Shown here: positions 49,265-58,332 of the stretch, in pieces
Layout of the letters: every line of letters starts with the position of its first letter
How positions within the stretch are numbered: the stretch's first letter is position 1
From: Longimicrobiales bacterium
Lineage (GTDB): Bacteria > Gemmatimonadota > Gemmatimonadetes > Longimicrobiales > Gaopeijiaceae
Assembly: GCA_965219445.1 (NCBI GenBank)
Contig: CBDCNQ010000005.1
Span: 256,001 to 320,000, forward strand
Direction: 5' to 3'
Length of the DNA: 64,000 nucleotides
Made by a program: the position numbers and the translations under genes
The notes under the pieces: model-generated
Told to the model about the DNA's origin: nothing
Databases searched by the model: none
Seen by the model: only the letters and a program-made list of their open reading frames with translations

Positions 49265-49519
49265 ATGCCTAGGCGACTCAAGAATGTCACGGTAACGCTG
49301 GACGAAGAGACCGCACATTGGGCCCGAGTCGAAGCGGCCAGGCGGGACACCTCCGTCTCGAAGCTCCTCGGCGAGATTCTGCAGACCGAGATGCGCCAAG
49401 AGGCCCAGTACGAGGCGGCAAAGCAGACCTATCTGGCCCAAGAGCCCGGGATTCATCGTGGTCAGGGCCAGTGCCTGCCCTCCAGGGACGAGCTACACGA
49501 TAGAAGTGCTGGGAGCTAG
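49265..49519 (+). CDS. ribbon-helix-helix antitoxin (VapB-like)
   Basis: KNVTVTLDEETAHWARVEAARRDTSVSKLL; upstream of the PIN gene. Confidence 0.85.
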   Translation: MPRRLKNVTVTLDEETAHWARVEAARRDTSVSKLLGEILQTEMRQEAQYEAAKQTYLAQEPGIHRGQGQCLPSRDELHDRSAGS

Positions 49520-49532
49520 AGGCGCTACGATC

Positions 49533-49976
49533 GTGACCGTCTTCGTCGATACCAACGTGCTCGTCTACGCCCGCGACCGGAGCGAGGGCGACAAGCAGCG
49601 GCGTGCGGCACAGTGGATGGCGCACCTCTGGGATACGGGCCTCGGACGGCTGAGCTATCAGGTCATCCAGGAGTATTACGTCACCCTGACGAGCAAGCTC
49701 GATCCACCTCGATCGACCGAGGACGCGCGAGAGGACGTCACGGCTCTGGGCGCCTGGAATCCAGTGGGCATCGATCAGCGCACCATCGAGGCCGCCTGGG
49801 AGGTCCAGGATCGTTACGGCAACTCGTGGTGGGATTCGCTCATCGTGGCGGCGGCCCTCCAATCGGGCTGCCGGTACCTACTGAGCGAAGACCTCCGGAG
49901 CGGCCAGGTGATCGATACGATGACGATCATCAGCCCGTTCGTTCAGGAGCCTGAGAAGATTCTTCCGGGTCTCTGA
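49533..49976 (+). CDS. vapC: PIN-domain toxin
   Basis: VFVDTNVLVY, QVIQEY, SWWDSLIVAAA, LLSEDL. Confidence 0.9.
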   Translation: MTVFVDTNVLVYARDRSEGDKQRRAAQWMAHLWDTGLGRLSYQVIQEYYVTLTSKLDPPRSTEDAREDVTALGAWNPVGIDQRTIEAAWEVQDRYGNSWWDSLIVAAALQSGCRYLLSEDLRSGQVIDTMTIISPFVQEPEKILPGL

Positions 49977-50059
49977 CCAAGCGTTCGGGCGGCACCGTGG
50001 AGCTCATGCTTCGCGAGATGTTTGCCGCCCTCCGAACCCCCACCCGTCGCCGACCCGAT

Positions 50060-51025
50060 TCAATATCGTTCAGAACTCGGCGTGTACACTTCCACGACGT
50101 CGGTCTGTGCGAGACCCGCCTCCGGACCGCCCGCGATGACGTAGATCCGGTCGCCGATGGCGGCGGCGGCGAGGCCGTGTCGCGCCGTGGGCAGCTCAGG
50201 CAGCGATGTCCAGCGGTCTGTGATCGGATCGTAAACCTCGTGGTTGTCGAACACGCCCCTGGAGGTTTCACCTCCGTAGGTATGGATCCTCCCTCCCAGA
50301 GCAACCACCGCCAGGCCCCCTCGGCGGCTGGGCATGGGCGCTCGGGTCGTCCACGTGTTGCTGGCCAGATCGTAGGCCTCCACCAGGTCGAAATTGCGGT
50401 CGGCATTCAGCGGCCGTCCTCCCACGGCGTAGAGAAGGCCGTTCACAACGGCGGCGCCGAGATGGTCCCGCGGGGTGGGAATCGGCGCGCCGGATCGCCA
50501 CGTATCGGCGCTCGGATCGTAGATGGCGATGGCCTCGATGAGCATGCCGTTGTCATCGACACCTCCCACCACGATGAGCCGGCCATCCACGACCCCGACC
50601 GCGCTGGCGCCACGGGCCTGCGGGAGGGGCGCACGTTCCAGCCATCGATCGGCCGCTGCGTCGTACCGCCACAGGGTTGCCATTGCGCCGAATCCCGTCG
50701 GGCCGAAACCGCCCACGGCATAGAAGGAGCCGTTTACGACGGCCAGCGGCATATGGTGCCGGGGCTCCGGCACCGGTGAGATGGCCTCCCAGGCATCGGT
50801 GTCCGGATCATATCGATATGCTGCAGCAGTGGCGCTGTTGCTGGTGTCGAACCCACCGGCCACATAGATCTTCCCGTCCACGACGGCACCGTGCAGCTCC
50901 TGGAGCGGCTCGGATAGGGGTCGTGCCGTCGACCAGCTCAGGGCGTCGTCGGGATCGGTCGTGCAGCTAACCGAGAGTATCGCGACACCCAGCACCACGC
51001 GAAGGCGACTCATGAGCTCAGTCAT
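50060..51025 (-). CDS. Kelch-repeat lipoprotein
   Basis: Six GG...YD...W Kelch repeats; LSVSC lipobox; start uncertain. Confidence 0.88.
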   Translation of the reverse strand: MTELMSRLRVVLGVAILSVSCTTDPDDALSWSTARPLSEPLQELHGAVVDGKIYVAGGFDTSNSATAAAYRYDPDTDAWEAISPVPEPRHHMPLAVVNGSFYAVGGFGPTGFGAMATLWRYDAAADRWLERAPLPQARGASAVGVVDGRLIVVGGVDDNGMLIEAIAIYDPSADTWRSGAPIPTPRDHLGAAVVNGLLYAVGGRPLNADRNFDLVEAYDLASNTWTTRAPMPSRRGGLAVVALGGRIHTYGGETSRGVFDNHEVYDPITDRWTSLPELPTARHGLAAAAIGDRIYVIAGGPEAGLAQTDVVEVYTPSSERY

Positions 51026-51258
51026 CCGAGCCGCCAAGCTCTGCAGGAATCGGGTTCTCAGGACTCTCGACGTCCCAGACGATGTTCGTGATCCACCATC
51101 GTCCACCGGCGACGCGACATCGGCAGGGTCAGCCGCCCCTATCGTCGAATTCTTGAAGTCCTCCGTTCTATCTAGCATGGGATTCCGCCTCGGTCTTGGT
51201 CGTCGCAAAGTAGCTCGATCCTTGCAGCCCGACACGCCTGAGACGCATGTTGTCTGTC

Positions 51259-51690
51259 ATGTCGGATCGCATCACCCAGGACCTTCCTCAGGCGCTCCAC
51301 GGCTTTCTTGAGCTGTTCAATGCGGGAGAGTACTGGGAGAGCCACGAGGTGCTCGAGGGCCCATGGCGCGAGGGGGGGAGCGACTTCTACCAGGGCTTGA
51401 TCCTCTACGCCAGTGCGTTCGTACACGCCCAGCGGGGCAACGCACGCGGCATCGGCGCGCAGCTCGAGAAGGCAGAGCGGAAGCTGGCCGGGTACCGGCC
51501 ATGCTACCTGGGTGTCGACGTCGATGCCGTGCTTGCCCACGCGGCCCGCTGCCGCGAGCTCGTCGAACGTCGTCGGGACGAGGACCCGCGTTCGTGGCTG
51601 GAAGTCGCCGACGTGCCTCACCTCGAGCTCGACAGACGGCTCGTGCGCGGGGACGAGCCAGAGCTCCGGCCACTACCGGATACTCGATGA
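51259..51690 (+). CDS. DUF309-domain protein
   Basis: LFNAGEYWESHEVLE..W, FYQGLI. Confidence 0.88.
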   Translation: MSDRITQDLPQALHGFLELFNAGEYWESHEVLEGPWREGGSDFYQGLILYASAFVHAQRGNARGIGAQLEKAERKLAGYRPCYLGVDVDAVLAHAARCRELVERRRDEDPRSWLEVADVPHLELDRRLVRGDEPELRPLPDTR

Positions 51691-51735
51691 ACGGAGTGGC
51701 GTCCGACCTCTTCCTCTGGGCGCTACACTGAACGC

Positions 51736-52062
51736 ATGGGATTCCTGGACACGAGCGCCTTCCGTCGCTTCGCGGCGGATAAGATGCAGAAGATGAACCT
51801 GTTCGAGACGCCGCAGATGTTTTGCGATGTGTACTGTCTCGAGCCGGGCCAGGCGCAGAAGGTGCACGCACACCCCGGGGCCACGAAGTTCTACTACGTG
51901 ATCGAGGGCGAGGGCACCTTCACCATAGGGGATGCCACGCGCACCCTCGGGCCCGGCCGCCTCGCTTGGTCCGCGCCCGATGAAGCGCACGGAGTGGAAA
52001 ACCGCGGCACCCTGCAGCTCGTGGTGCTCGTCTCGATGGCGCCCAACCCGAACATCCCCTAG
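51736..52062 (+). CDS. cupin-domain protein
   Basis: LEPGQAQKVHAH...YYVIEGEG...EAHGVEN. Confidence 0.88.
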   Translation: MGFLDTSAFRRFAADKMQKMNLFETPQMFCDVYCLEPGQAQKVHAHPGATKFYYVIEGEGTFTIGDATRTLGPGRLAWSAPDEAHGVENRGTLQLVVLVSMAPNPNIP

Positions 52063-52144
52063 CCTGTTGACGGGCCGGGGCTCTGCGCACAGCATGTCTC
52101 AAACACCCAGCCAATAGGCTACAGACCCACGAGGCTTCAGAACG

Positions 52145-53356
52145 ATGATGAACCGGCGCCAGTTCGTCTACGCAACCGCCGCAGGCGTCGTGACATTCGC
52201 CCGTGGCTCAGGGCAGCTCGCCGCTTATGACCTGATCGTCAAAGGCGGGCGCGTCATTGATCCCTCACTGAGGGTCAACGCAATCCGCGACGTGGCGATC
52301 ACGGGCGGCCGGATCGCGGCGATCGAGGCCGACATCGAGGCCGATGCCGCGGAGGTCATCGATGCGACGGGGAAGGTCGTCGTCCCCGGACTGCTCGATA
52401 TCCATACGCACTATGCCCGAGAAGAAGAAGGCCCCTTGGTGGGCCTGGCCGGCGGTGTGACCGGATGGGTCGATGCCGGATCGGCGGGCGCGGATCAGAT
52501 CGACGAAATGGCGGCCATTGCGGAGTCGGCACCGCAGCCGGGGCGCATGCTTATCAACATCGGGCGCGCCGGTATCCTGCCCGATGGCGACACGATGGAC
52601 CTGCGCCTCGCTGATGTCAGTGCGGCGACGGCGGCCATTGCGCGCAACCGCGATGTCGTCGTGGGCGTCAAGGCGCGACTGACGAGGGGGGTCGCCGCAG
52701 ACGACGTCGAGGTGTTGCGCCGCGCGCAGGATGTGGCCACGTCCTTCGATTTGCCAGTGATGATCCACATGGGCCAAACGGCCTCGCCACTGCCCAACCT
52801 GCTCAGCCAGCTCAAGCGCGGAGATATCGTCACCCACATGTTTGCACCGCCGCCGAACAGCATCATCGATGACGACGATCACATCTTGCCGGAGGTGCTC
52901 GCCGCGCGCCGCCGCGGCGTGTGGTTCGACGTCGCCAACGGACGGACGGGGCATCTGCGATGGGACACCTTCGATGGGATCATCCAGGCGGGTTTCTGGC
53001 CAGATACGATCTCCACTGACGGGAGCACGACGAGCCCGACCGCGGAAAGCGTCATCGATTTCCCCAACGTTTTGTCCAAGTTCCTGAACTTCGGGATGAC
53101 GTTGGATCAGGTCGTTGCCCGCGCGACCTTCAATCCTTCGCGCATCTTCCCGCTGTTCCATGATCGTGGCACGCTCAACGTGGGCGCGCCGGCCGACGTG
53201 GCGGTGCTCGAACTGCGAGAAGGCAGATTCGAATTCGTGGACAACTACGGGAACACGCGGACCGGCCGCCAGAGACTCTTCCCGAGCGAGACCGTGCTCG
53301 GCGGCACACGGGTGTCCCCGCGCATGACACTCGCCCTCGCCAGGCTTCGCCTCTGA
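52145..53356 (+). CDS. amidohydrolase/deacetylase (dihydroorotase-like) with Tat signal
   Basis: NRRQFV; PGLLDIHTH, DAGSAG, GVKAR, MIHMG, ISTD. Confidence 0.88.
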   Translation: MMNRRQFVYATAAGVVTFARGSGQLAAYDLIVKGGRVIDPSLRVNAIRDVAITGGRIAAIEADIEADAAEVIDATGKVVVPGLLDIHTHYAREEEGPLVGLAGGVTGWVDAGSAGADQIDEMAAIAESAPQPGRMLINIGRAGILPDGDTMDLRLADVSAATAAIARNRDVVVGVKARLTRGVAADDVEVLRRAQDVATSFDLPVMIHMGQTASPLPNLLSQLKRGDIVTHMFAPPPNSIIDDDDHILPEVLAARRRGVWFDVANGRTGHLRWDTFDGIIQAGFWPDTISTDGSTTSPTAESVIDFPNVLSKFLNFGMTLDQVVARATFNPSRIFPLFHDRGTLNVGAPADVAVLELREGRFEFVDNYGNTRTGRQRLFPSETVLGGTRVSPRMTLALARLRL

Positions 53357-53369
53357 CGCGCAGGCCTCA

Positions 53370-54341
53370 TCACATCCAGAGCCGCTCCTCATCTTCATCC
53401 ACGACGTGCCTCGGCTCGGCGACGACTTCGACCATGGCGTCCCCCGTCACCTCCAGCTCCGTAGACACGGGCTCGATATCGATCCTCCAAGCGCTCAACT
53501 CGTACGTGCCTTTGGGCACCCCCACGCTTGCCAGTCCTCGCTCGTCGGTCTCCGCCCGATAAGCACCCAGTCTCACCTCGATATTGTCCAGGGGAGCGTC
53601 GATGCCCTTGGGAACGATCTGCACGGTGACGGTGTGCTCGGGCGGCTCGAGGGAGCGGAACGTAAAGTCCCCCGAAGCCTCTCGATGCGGCAAGTCCAAC
53701 TCTGTGGGCGCAAAGCTGACGGAACGGGCAAACACCCCCGCTTGGCTCGGTGCGACTAAACTCACCTCTGCCTCGTAGAGGGCGGTGGTCCCCGGCCGCG
53801 GGTCGTCGCCGAGTCTTCCGTCACCCAGCTTGACCCCCGCCTTGTCCCGGACCTCAACGAGCTGCCCCGCCAAACTGCACTGGGCGGTGCATTTGATCCC
53901 CACACTGACCCCAAAACGACTGCCCCTCAACGGAGACGGGACATCCCATACAGCCACGCTGGTGGTATGTGGCACAATGGTGGAGGTGACGGTGAGAACG
54001 TATTCCTCGTGGACGACCCCCCCGACCTCCTGCCCGGGGAACGTAATCGACCATACCCTTTCGCCGACCTGAGCCGGTGCGTTCAGAACGAGGTCCCCGG
54101 TCTCTGCCGTCTCAGCGCTTTCAGATCCCCCGAGCTCCTCCGTGAGGACGACTTCCTCCGAGCTTTCAATGTTGACGAGCCCGCCTCGCAGGTCGCACCC
54201 CTCCGCGCAGGATACTCGCGCCCTCACCACAATATCAGCTCCGGCCTCCACCTCCGGCGGGAAGGCCTCGGCGAGCTCCACGGTCGGCTGGTGTCCCGCC
54301 GCTGCTGTTCGGCCCTCCCCTCCAGGGGCCGATCTAGCCAC
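53370..54341 (-). CDS. hypothetical beta-rich protein with repeated CxxxCxL domains
   Basis: SCAEGCDLRG and KCTAQCSLAG; directly downstream of the FAD enzyme. Confidence 0.7.
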   Translation of the reverse strand: MARSAPGGEGRTAAAGHQPTVELAEAFPPEVEAGADIVVRARVSCAEGCDLRGGLVNIESSEEVVLTEELGGSESAETAETGDLVLNAPAQVGERVWSITFPGQEVGGVVHEEYVLTVTSTIVPHTTSVAVWDVPSPLRGSRFGVSVGIKCTAQCSLAGQLVEVRDKAGVKLGDGRLGDDPRPGTTALYEAEVSLVAPSQAGVFARSVSFAPTELDLPHREASGDFTFRSLEPPEHTVTVQIVPKGIDAPLDNIEVRLGAYRAETDERGLASVGVPKGTYELSAWRIDIEPVSTELEVTGDAMVEVVAEPRHVVDEDEERLWM

Positions 54342-54376
54342 GGCCCTTCACCCGTCCATGCTGCTGAAGATCGGCC

Positions 54377-56011
54377 TCACCCGTTTACGGCTGCATCCCT
54401 GCCGGCGACGCGGCCAAACAGCGAGGATCTACCCAGGCCATGCTGAGGAAATCCGCCCATGGATTCGCCGCAGGTATATAGACCGGTGATCACCTCTCCG
54501 TGGACGTCGATCACCCGACACCTGGTGTCTACTCTCAGTCCACACAAGGAGTCGTGCAGGACGGGCGTGGACCACGCAGCGTAGAACGGCGGTGTCTGGA
54601 TCTTGTAGCGAGGAGTCGGCTTGCCGAAGTCCTCGTCCGTTCCTGCGTCTACGAAGGAGTTGTAACGGGACACCGTTTCCTGCAACACGGCGCCTCGCAT
54701 GGGCAGAGTCTGATAGGGATTCTCAATCTTCCCCGCCAATTCCGCGAGCGTATCGGCACTGTAGAAATACCCGTTCGGATCCACGTTCGGTGGGGTGGGA
54801 TCCCACCTCTGGCGCGTTACCGCCTCTGCGTCGAAGATCGCCCAGATCGGTCCTCCACCGTTCTTCTCGTTCGGATCCCCACTGTACGACATGCAGGCTG
54901 CGAAGAAGTCGTGCCCTCCGTCCGTCTCATCGTGAAACCGCACACCCGTCTGCTTCACGAGGATGGCGTTCTGCCAATTCACGCCCGTCAAGCCGGAGGC
55001 GCGCACCTTGTCGAAGATGGGACTGTCGGGCTGCCAATGCAGGCTCGAATAGCCGTATTGACACCCGATATGAGCCGTCTTCGAGATCGCGGCCCCAGCC
55101 TCCATGGTCTGGCTGGCGGTCCCCCAGAGCGCCGCTCCGAGCGCCATGGCCGCGAGCTCTCCATCCGCGGTTTGCTTGGAGTAAGGCTCGCCTGCGACCT
55201 GATATTCCTCGGTCAGCCGGGGGTCGAACGTGCGCCGAAAGTTCACGTTGCTCGTATGTCCCCCCGTCGCGAGAACCAATCCCTTGGTCCCCCGGATCCG
55301 CACCGTCTGACCTTCATGGACCGCCTCCAATCCCACGACCCTTCCCGTGGACGGGTCCTGAACGAGCTCTGTCATCTTATGGAGCAGCAGGATCTGGGCG
55401 CCTTTGGCCCGGGCGCTCTTCTCCAGCGCTCTGACGAGCCCCGACCCGCGCCGGGTCTCAACCGACGTGATCAGCTCCTCGTAAACGGGCCACTGAAGAG
55501 TCCGCCCATTTCTCGAATCGCCTCCTGCCACCTCGTCTTGAAACTGCACGCCGTTTTCAACCATCCACTCGAAGGTCTCGGTGCTCAGGTCTGCGTACAC
55601 CCGGGTGAGATCCCGGTCCGTGTATCGCGTTTGATAGGGTTGCGGGCGTATCCAATCCGCGAACACGGCGTCCGCTGAGTCCTCCACGCCGTGCCTCCGC
55701 TGGCGAGTCGTTCCTCCGCCCAGGTTCACACGTCCGCCGCTCACCATTCCATGGCCACCGCAGTCGTTGTTCTCCTCCACCATGATCACGGAGGCGCCAC
55801 GATCAAGGGCCTCAATCGCGGCAGAGAGCCCCGACACGCCGGCTCCGGCGATCACGACATCCGCGGTCATGCCCCACTCTTGCGCGGGACTCTGTCCCTC
55901 GAGGTCGTCCCCGACCACCCCGCCCAGGGCTGTCGCACCGAGGCCGGCGGCTGTGCCTTTCTTGACGAAACCGCGTCTGCTGATCGAACCGTTGGGCCTG
56001 TCCTTGCTCAT
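54377..56011 (-). CDS. Tat-exported FAD-dependent oxidoreductase (flavocytochrome c / succinate-dehydrogenase flavoprotein family)
   Basis: SRRGFVK; GAGVSG, LATGG, GLYTCGE, FGRVAG. Confidence 0.9.
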   Translation of the reverse strand: MSKDRPNGSISRRGFVKKGTAAGLGATALGGVVGDDLEGQSPAQEWGMTADVVIAGAGVSGLSAAIEALDRGASVIMVEENNDCGGHGMVSGGRVNLGGGTTRQRRHGVEDSADAVFADWIRPQPYQTRYTDRDLTRVYADLSTETFEWMVENGVQFQDEVAGGDSRNGRTLQWPVYEELITSVETRRGSGLVRALEKSARAKGAQILLLHKMTELVQDPSTGRVVGLEAVHEGQTVRIRGTKGLVLATGGHTSNVNFRRTFDPRLTEEYQVAGEPYSKQTADGELAAMALGAALWGTASQTMEAGAAISKTAHIGCQYGYSSLHWQPDSPIFDKVRASGLTGVNWQNAILVKQTGVRFHDETDGGHDFFAACMSYSGDPNEKNGGGPIWAIFDAEAVTRQRWDPTPPNVDPNGYFYSADTLAELAGKIENPYQTLPMRGAVLQETVSRYNSFVDAGTDEDFGKPTPRYKIQTPPFYAAWSTPVLHDSLCGLRVDTRCRVIDVHGEVITGLYTCGESMGGFPQHGLGRSSLFGRVAGRDAAVNG

Positions 56012-56334
56012 GATCGGTCTCCGCTTCTCATGTGATCGAGACTCCCCCCGCTCTTCTCAAAGCGATGGGGCTCCCGCGCCCGGTGCACCGCCTTCCGCCA
56101 CTACCTCTTCTGTCCTACGAAGCTGCCGAGATCAGGATGGGAAAGTTCACAGGCCCTGTCCAGTACGGGGGGTCGGTCTGGGGTGGCTGCTCGCTGCAAG
56201 GAGCGAGACGGTCACTTGATCCCGACCCTTCGGACAGCTATTTGATAGGAGTGTCTGGCCGTGTCGTGGATCCCGCTGGAATGGAGGTCGAAATGAGCAA
56301 TCGTATGGCGGTGGGTGGTCGAGGCCATGCAGTG

Positions 56335-57393
56335 ATGTCGCGTTACTCCGCTCTATTTCTAGCCGTTCTCTGTACAGCCGCAGCGCCCGGCGCCGTTTCG
56401 AGCGCGGCGGCGCAGGCTCGAGCCTCCGACACCGGAAATTGGGAAGTCCCCAGGACACCCGACGGCCATCCGGACTTTCAGGGGATCTGGACGAACTCGA
56501 CGCTCACTCCGTTCGAGCGGGAAGAGGGTAGGGGAGCGGTGTTCACTCGGGAGGAAGTCGAGGAGATCGAGCGGCCAGACGGAGTCTGCCCCCCCAACCC
56601 GGGGACGGTCGAGTGCGGAAGGGTCCTCGCCGAGTCCGGGACGAATGAGGTTCGACTGCGCGGCCAGGAGTACAACGAGGTCTATTGGGATCGGGGCACG
56701 CGGGTTGCAGTCGTCGACGGCGAGCCCAGATCCTCTCTGGTCACCCATCCGGCGAACGGGCGCCGTCCGGCCCTCACGCCGGAGGGCGAGCGGCGGATCC
56801 AGGAGTCCCGGGACTTCAGGGGCCAATTCGGCCTCTACGACCACCCGGAGCTGAGACCACTCGGCGAGCGCTGCATCATTTTAGGTTCCCCTGCGGGACC
56901 CCCCATGGTCCCTGTCGGGGCGTACAACTCCAACTACATAATCGTACAGACGGCCGATCACGTGATGATCATGACGGAAATGGTCCACGATGCGCGGATT
57001 ATCCGGATCGGTGACGGCCCGCGGCTGCACCGAAACGTCCGTCCGTGGTTCGGCGACTCTTGGGGTCGGTGGGAAGGTGACGCACTCGTGGTCGAGACCA
57101 CGAACCTCAATCCACAACAGTCTGTCCAGCGAGTCCCCCCCTCGGAGCACATGAAGGTGACCGAACGCTTCACTCGGGTCGACGAAGAGACGATCCTCTA
57201 CGAGTTCACCGTCGATGACCCGACGATGTACACTCAAGCCTGGGGAGGAGAGATTCCGATCAAGAAGTTGAACAACAGGGTCTACGAATACGCTTGCCAC
57301 GAGGGCAACTACGGTCTGACCGGCGTTCTGAGCGGCGCGCGTTATGAGGAGAGAATGGAGGCGCAGGGATCGAGCGGTGCTAGCCGTGACTGA
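56335..57393 (+). CDS. secreted conserved hypothetical protein
   Basis: PRTPDGHPDFQGIW, ERC, GDSWGRWEGDALVVETTN, EYACHEGN; start uncertain (56281, 56293 or 56335). Confidence 0.8.
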   Translation: MSRYSALFLAVLCTAAAPGAVSSAAAQARASDTGNWEVPRTPDGHPDFQGIWTNSTLTPFEREEGRGAVFTREEVEEIERPDGVCPPNPGTVECGRVLAESGTNEVRLRGQEYNEVYWDRGTRVAVVDGEPRSSLVTHPANGRRPALTPEGERRIQESRDFRGQFGLYDHPELRPLGERCIILGSPAGPPMVPVGAYNSNYIIVQTADHVMIMTEMVHDARIIRIGDGPRLHRNVRPWFGDSWGRWEGDALVVETTNLNPQQSVQRVPPSEHMKVTERFTRVDEETILYEFTVDDPTMYTQAWGGEIPIKKLNNRVYEYACHEGNYGLTGVLSGARYEERMEAQGSSGASRD

Positions 57394-57519
57394 GAGCCGT
57401 GAGTGTCTCTTCCATGGGTCAGTCGTGCGGCCCAAAAGGGCCAGATTGTCCCCGGCACCCGCTCCCTCCTCCGGGACTTTTCGCTCGCAGGCGCATGATT
57501 CGCACGGATTCGTGAAACA

Positions 57520-57534
57520 TGGCATGGTCCATGC
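57520..57534 (+). promoter_or_regulatory. possible sigma-54 promoter
   Basis: TGGCATGGTCCATGC (GG-N10-GC), about 85 bp upstream of 57620. Confidence 0.55.
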
Positions 57535-57619
57535 GAATTAGGACGTACGACGCCCGAGCATAGGGTGTCGGGAGAAAGGCCCGAATGGGGCCTCCCGAGC
57601 ATCAACACCTGGAGGACGC

Positions 57620-58039
57620 ATGAATACCATTGGAAAGGTGATGAGCATGGTGATCCTGGCGGGTGCCCTGACCGCCATGAGCCCTGGGCCTCTCTGGGCC
57701 CAAGCGACGGATAATGCCCCCACTGAGGACGCGCTCGCCGAGCGGAAGCCTCACGCGGAGCTGGTTGTGCAGAACAACAATTGGTTGGATGCGCACGTAT
57801 ACGTGGTGCGGGGGGGTAGGAGGACCTCATTGGGCCTCATGACCGCGCTCGGGAAGAGTAAGTTCGAGCTTCCGTCGTGGGCCACCCTACCCGGCGATGA
57901 CTTCCAGATCCTGGTCCACCTGATCGGCGGGGCGTCCTATCTGACACCGCTGGTCCACGTGTACCGCGGAGACGTAGTGGAGTTGGTGGTTCAGAACAAC
58001 CTTGGCCTGAGCAGCGCGGTGGTCTTCCGCGCTGGGTGA
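57620..58039 (+). CDS. secreted hypothetical protein
   Basis: GGAGG RBS; signal peptide; beta-rich domain. Confidence 0.75.
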   Translation: MNTIGKVMSMVILAGALTAMSPGPLWAQATDNAPTEDALAERKPHAELVVQNNNWLDAHVYVVRGGRRTSLGLMTALGKSKFELPSWATLPGDDFQILVHLIGGASYLTPLVHVYRGDVVELVVQNNLGLSSAVVFRAG

Positions 58040-58096
58040 CAGTGATCTGAGGGAAGGCCGGGGCGATCGGTCTTAGGACCCTCGACTGCGATCATC

Positions 58097-58130
58097 ACGG
58101 GAGAGTCCATTCATGGACTCTCCCGTTCTT
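58097..58130 (+). terminator. intrinsic terminator
   Basis: ACGGGAGAGTCCAT-tc-ATGGACTCTCCCGT followed by TCTT. Confidence 0.8.
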
Positions 58131-58198
58131 GCAAATCCTTACTACCGAACCACTTCTCCAGTCGGGACGGCCGGATCGCGGACCCGTTGGGAGCCAAT

Positions 58199-58275
58199 TG
58201 TGCGCGCAAGCCCACTATGTCGTATCATGACAGGCACGCTCCCGTGGCCCTGAGGCGCTCATGCCTGATCCCGTC
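58199..58275 (+). repeat. 77-bp dispersed repeat, copy B
   Basis: Ungapped match to 8883-8959. Confidence 0.85.
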
Positions 58276-58329
58276 ACCCGCCTGAACGCGGCCCTAGAAG
58301 GGTGCTACGCCACATTGAACGAGGGTTGA
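58261..58329 (+). pseudogene. Ser/Thr kinase 5' stub
   Basis: MPDPVTRLNAALEGCYA... aligns with the 2450 fragment MSDPVARLNAALQGRYR. Confidence 0.75.
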
Positions 58330-58332
58330 ACG

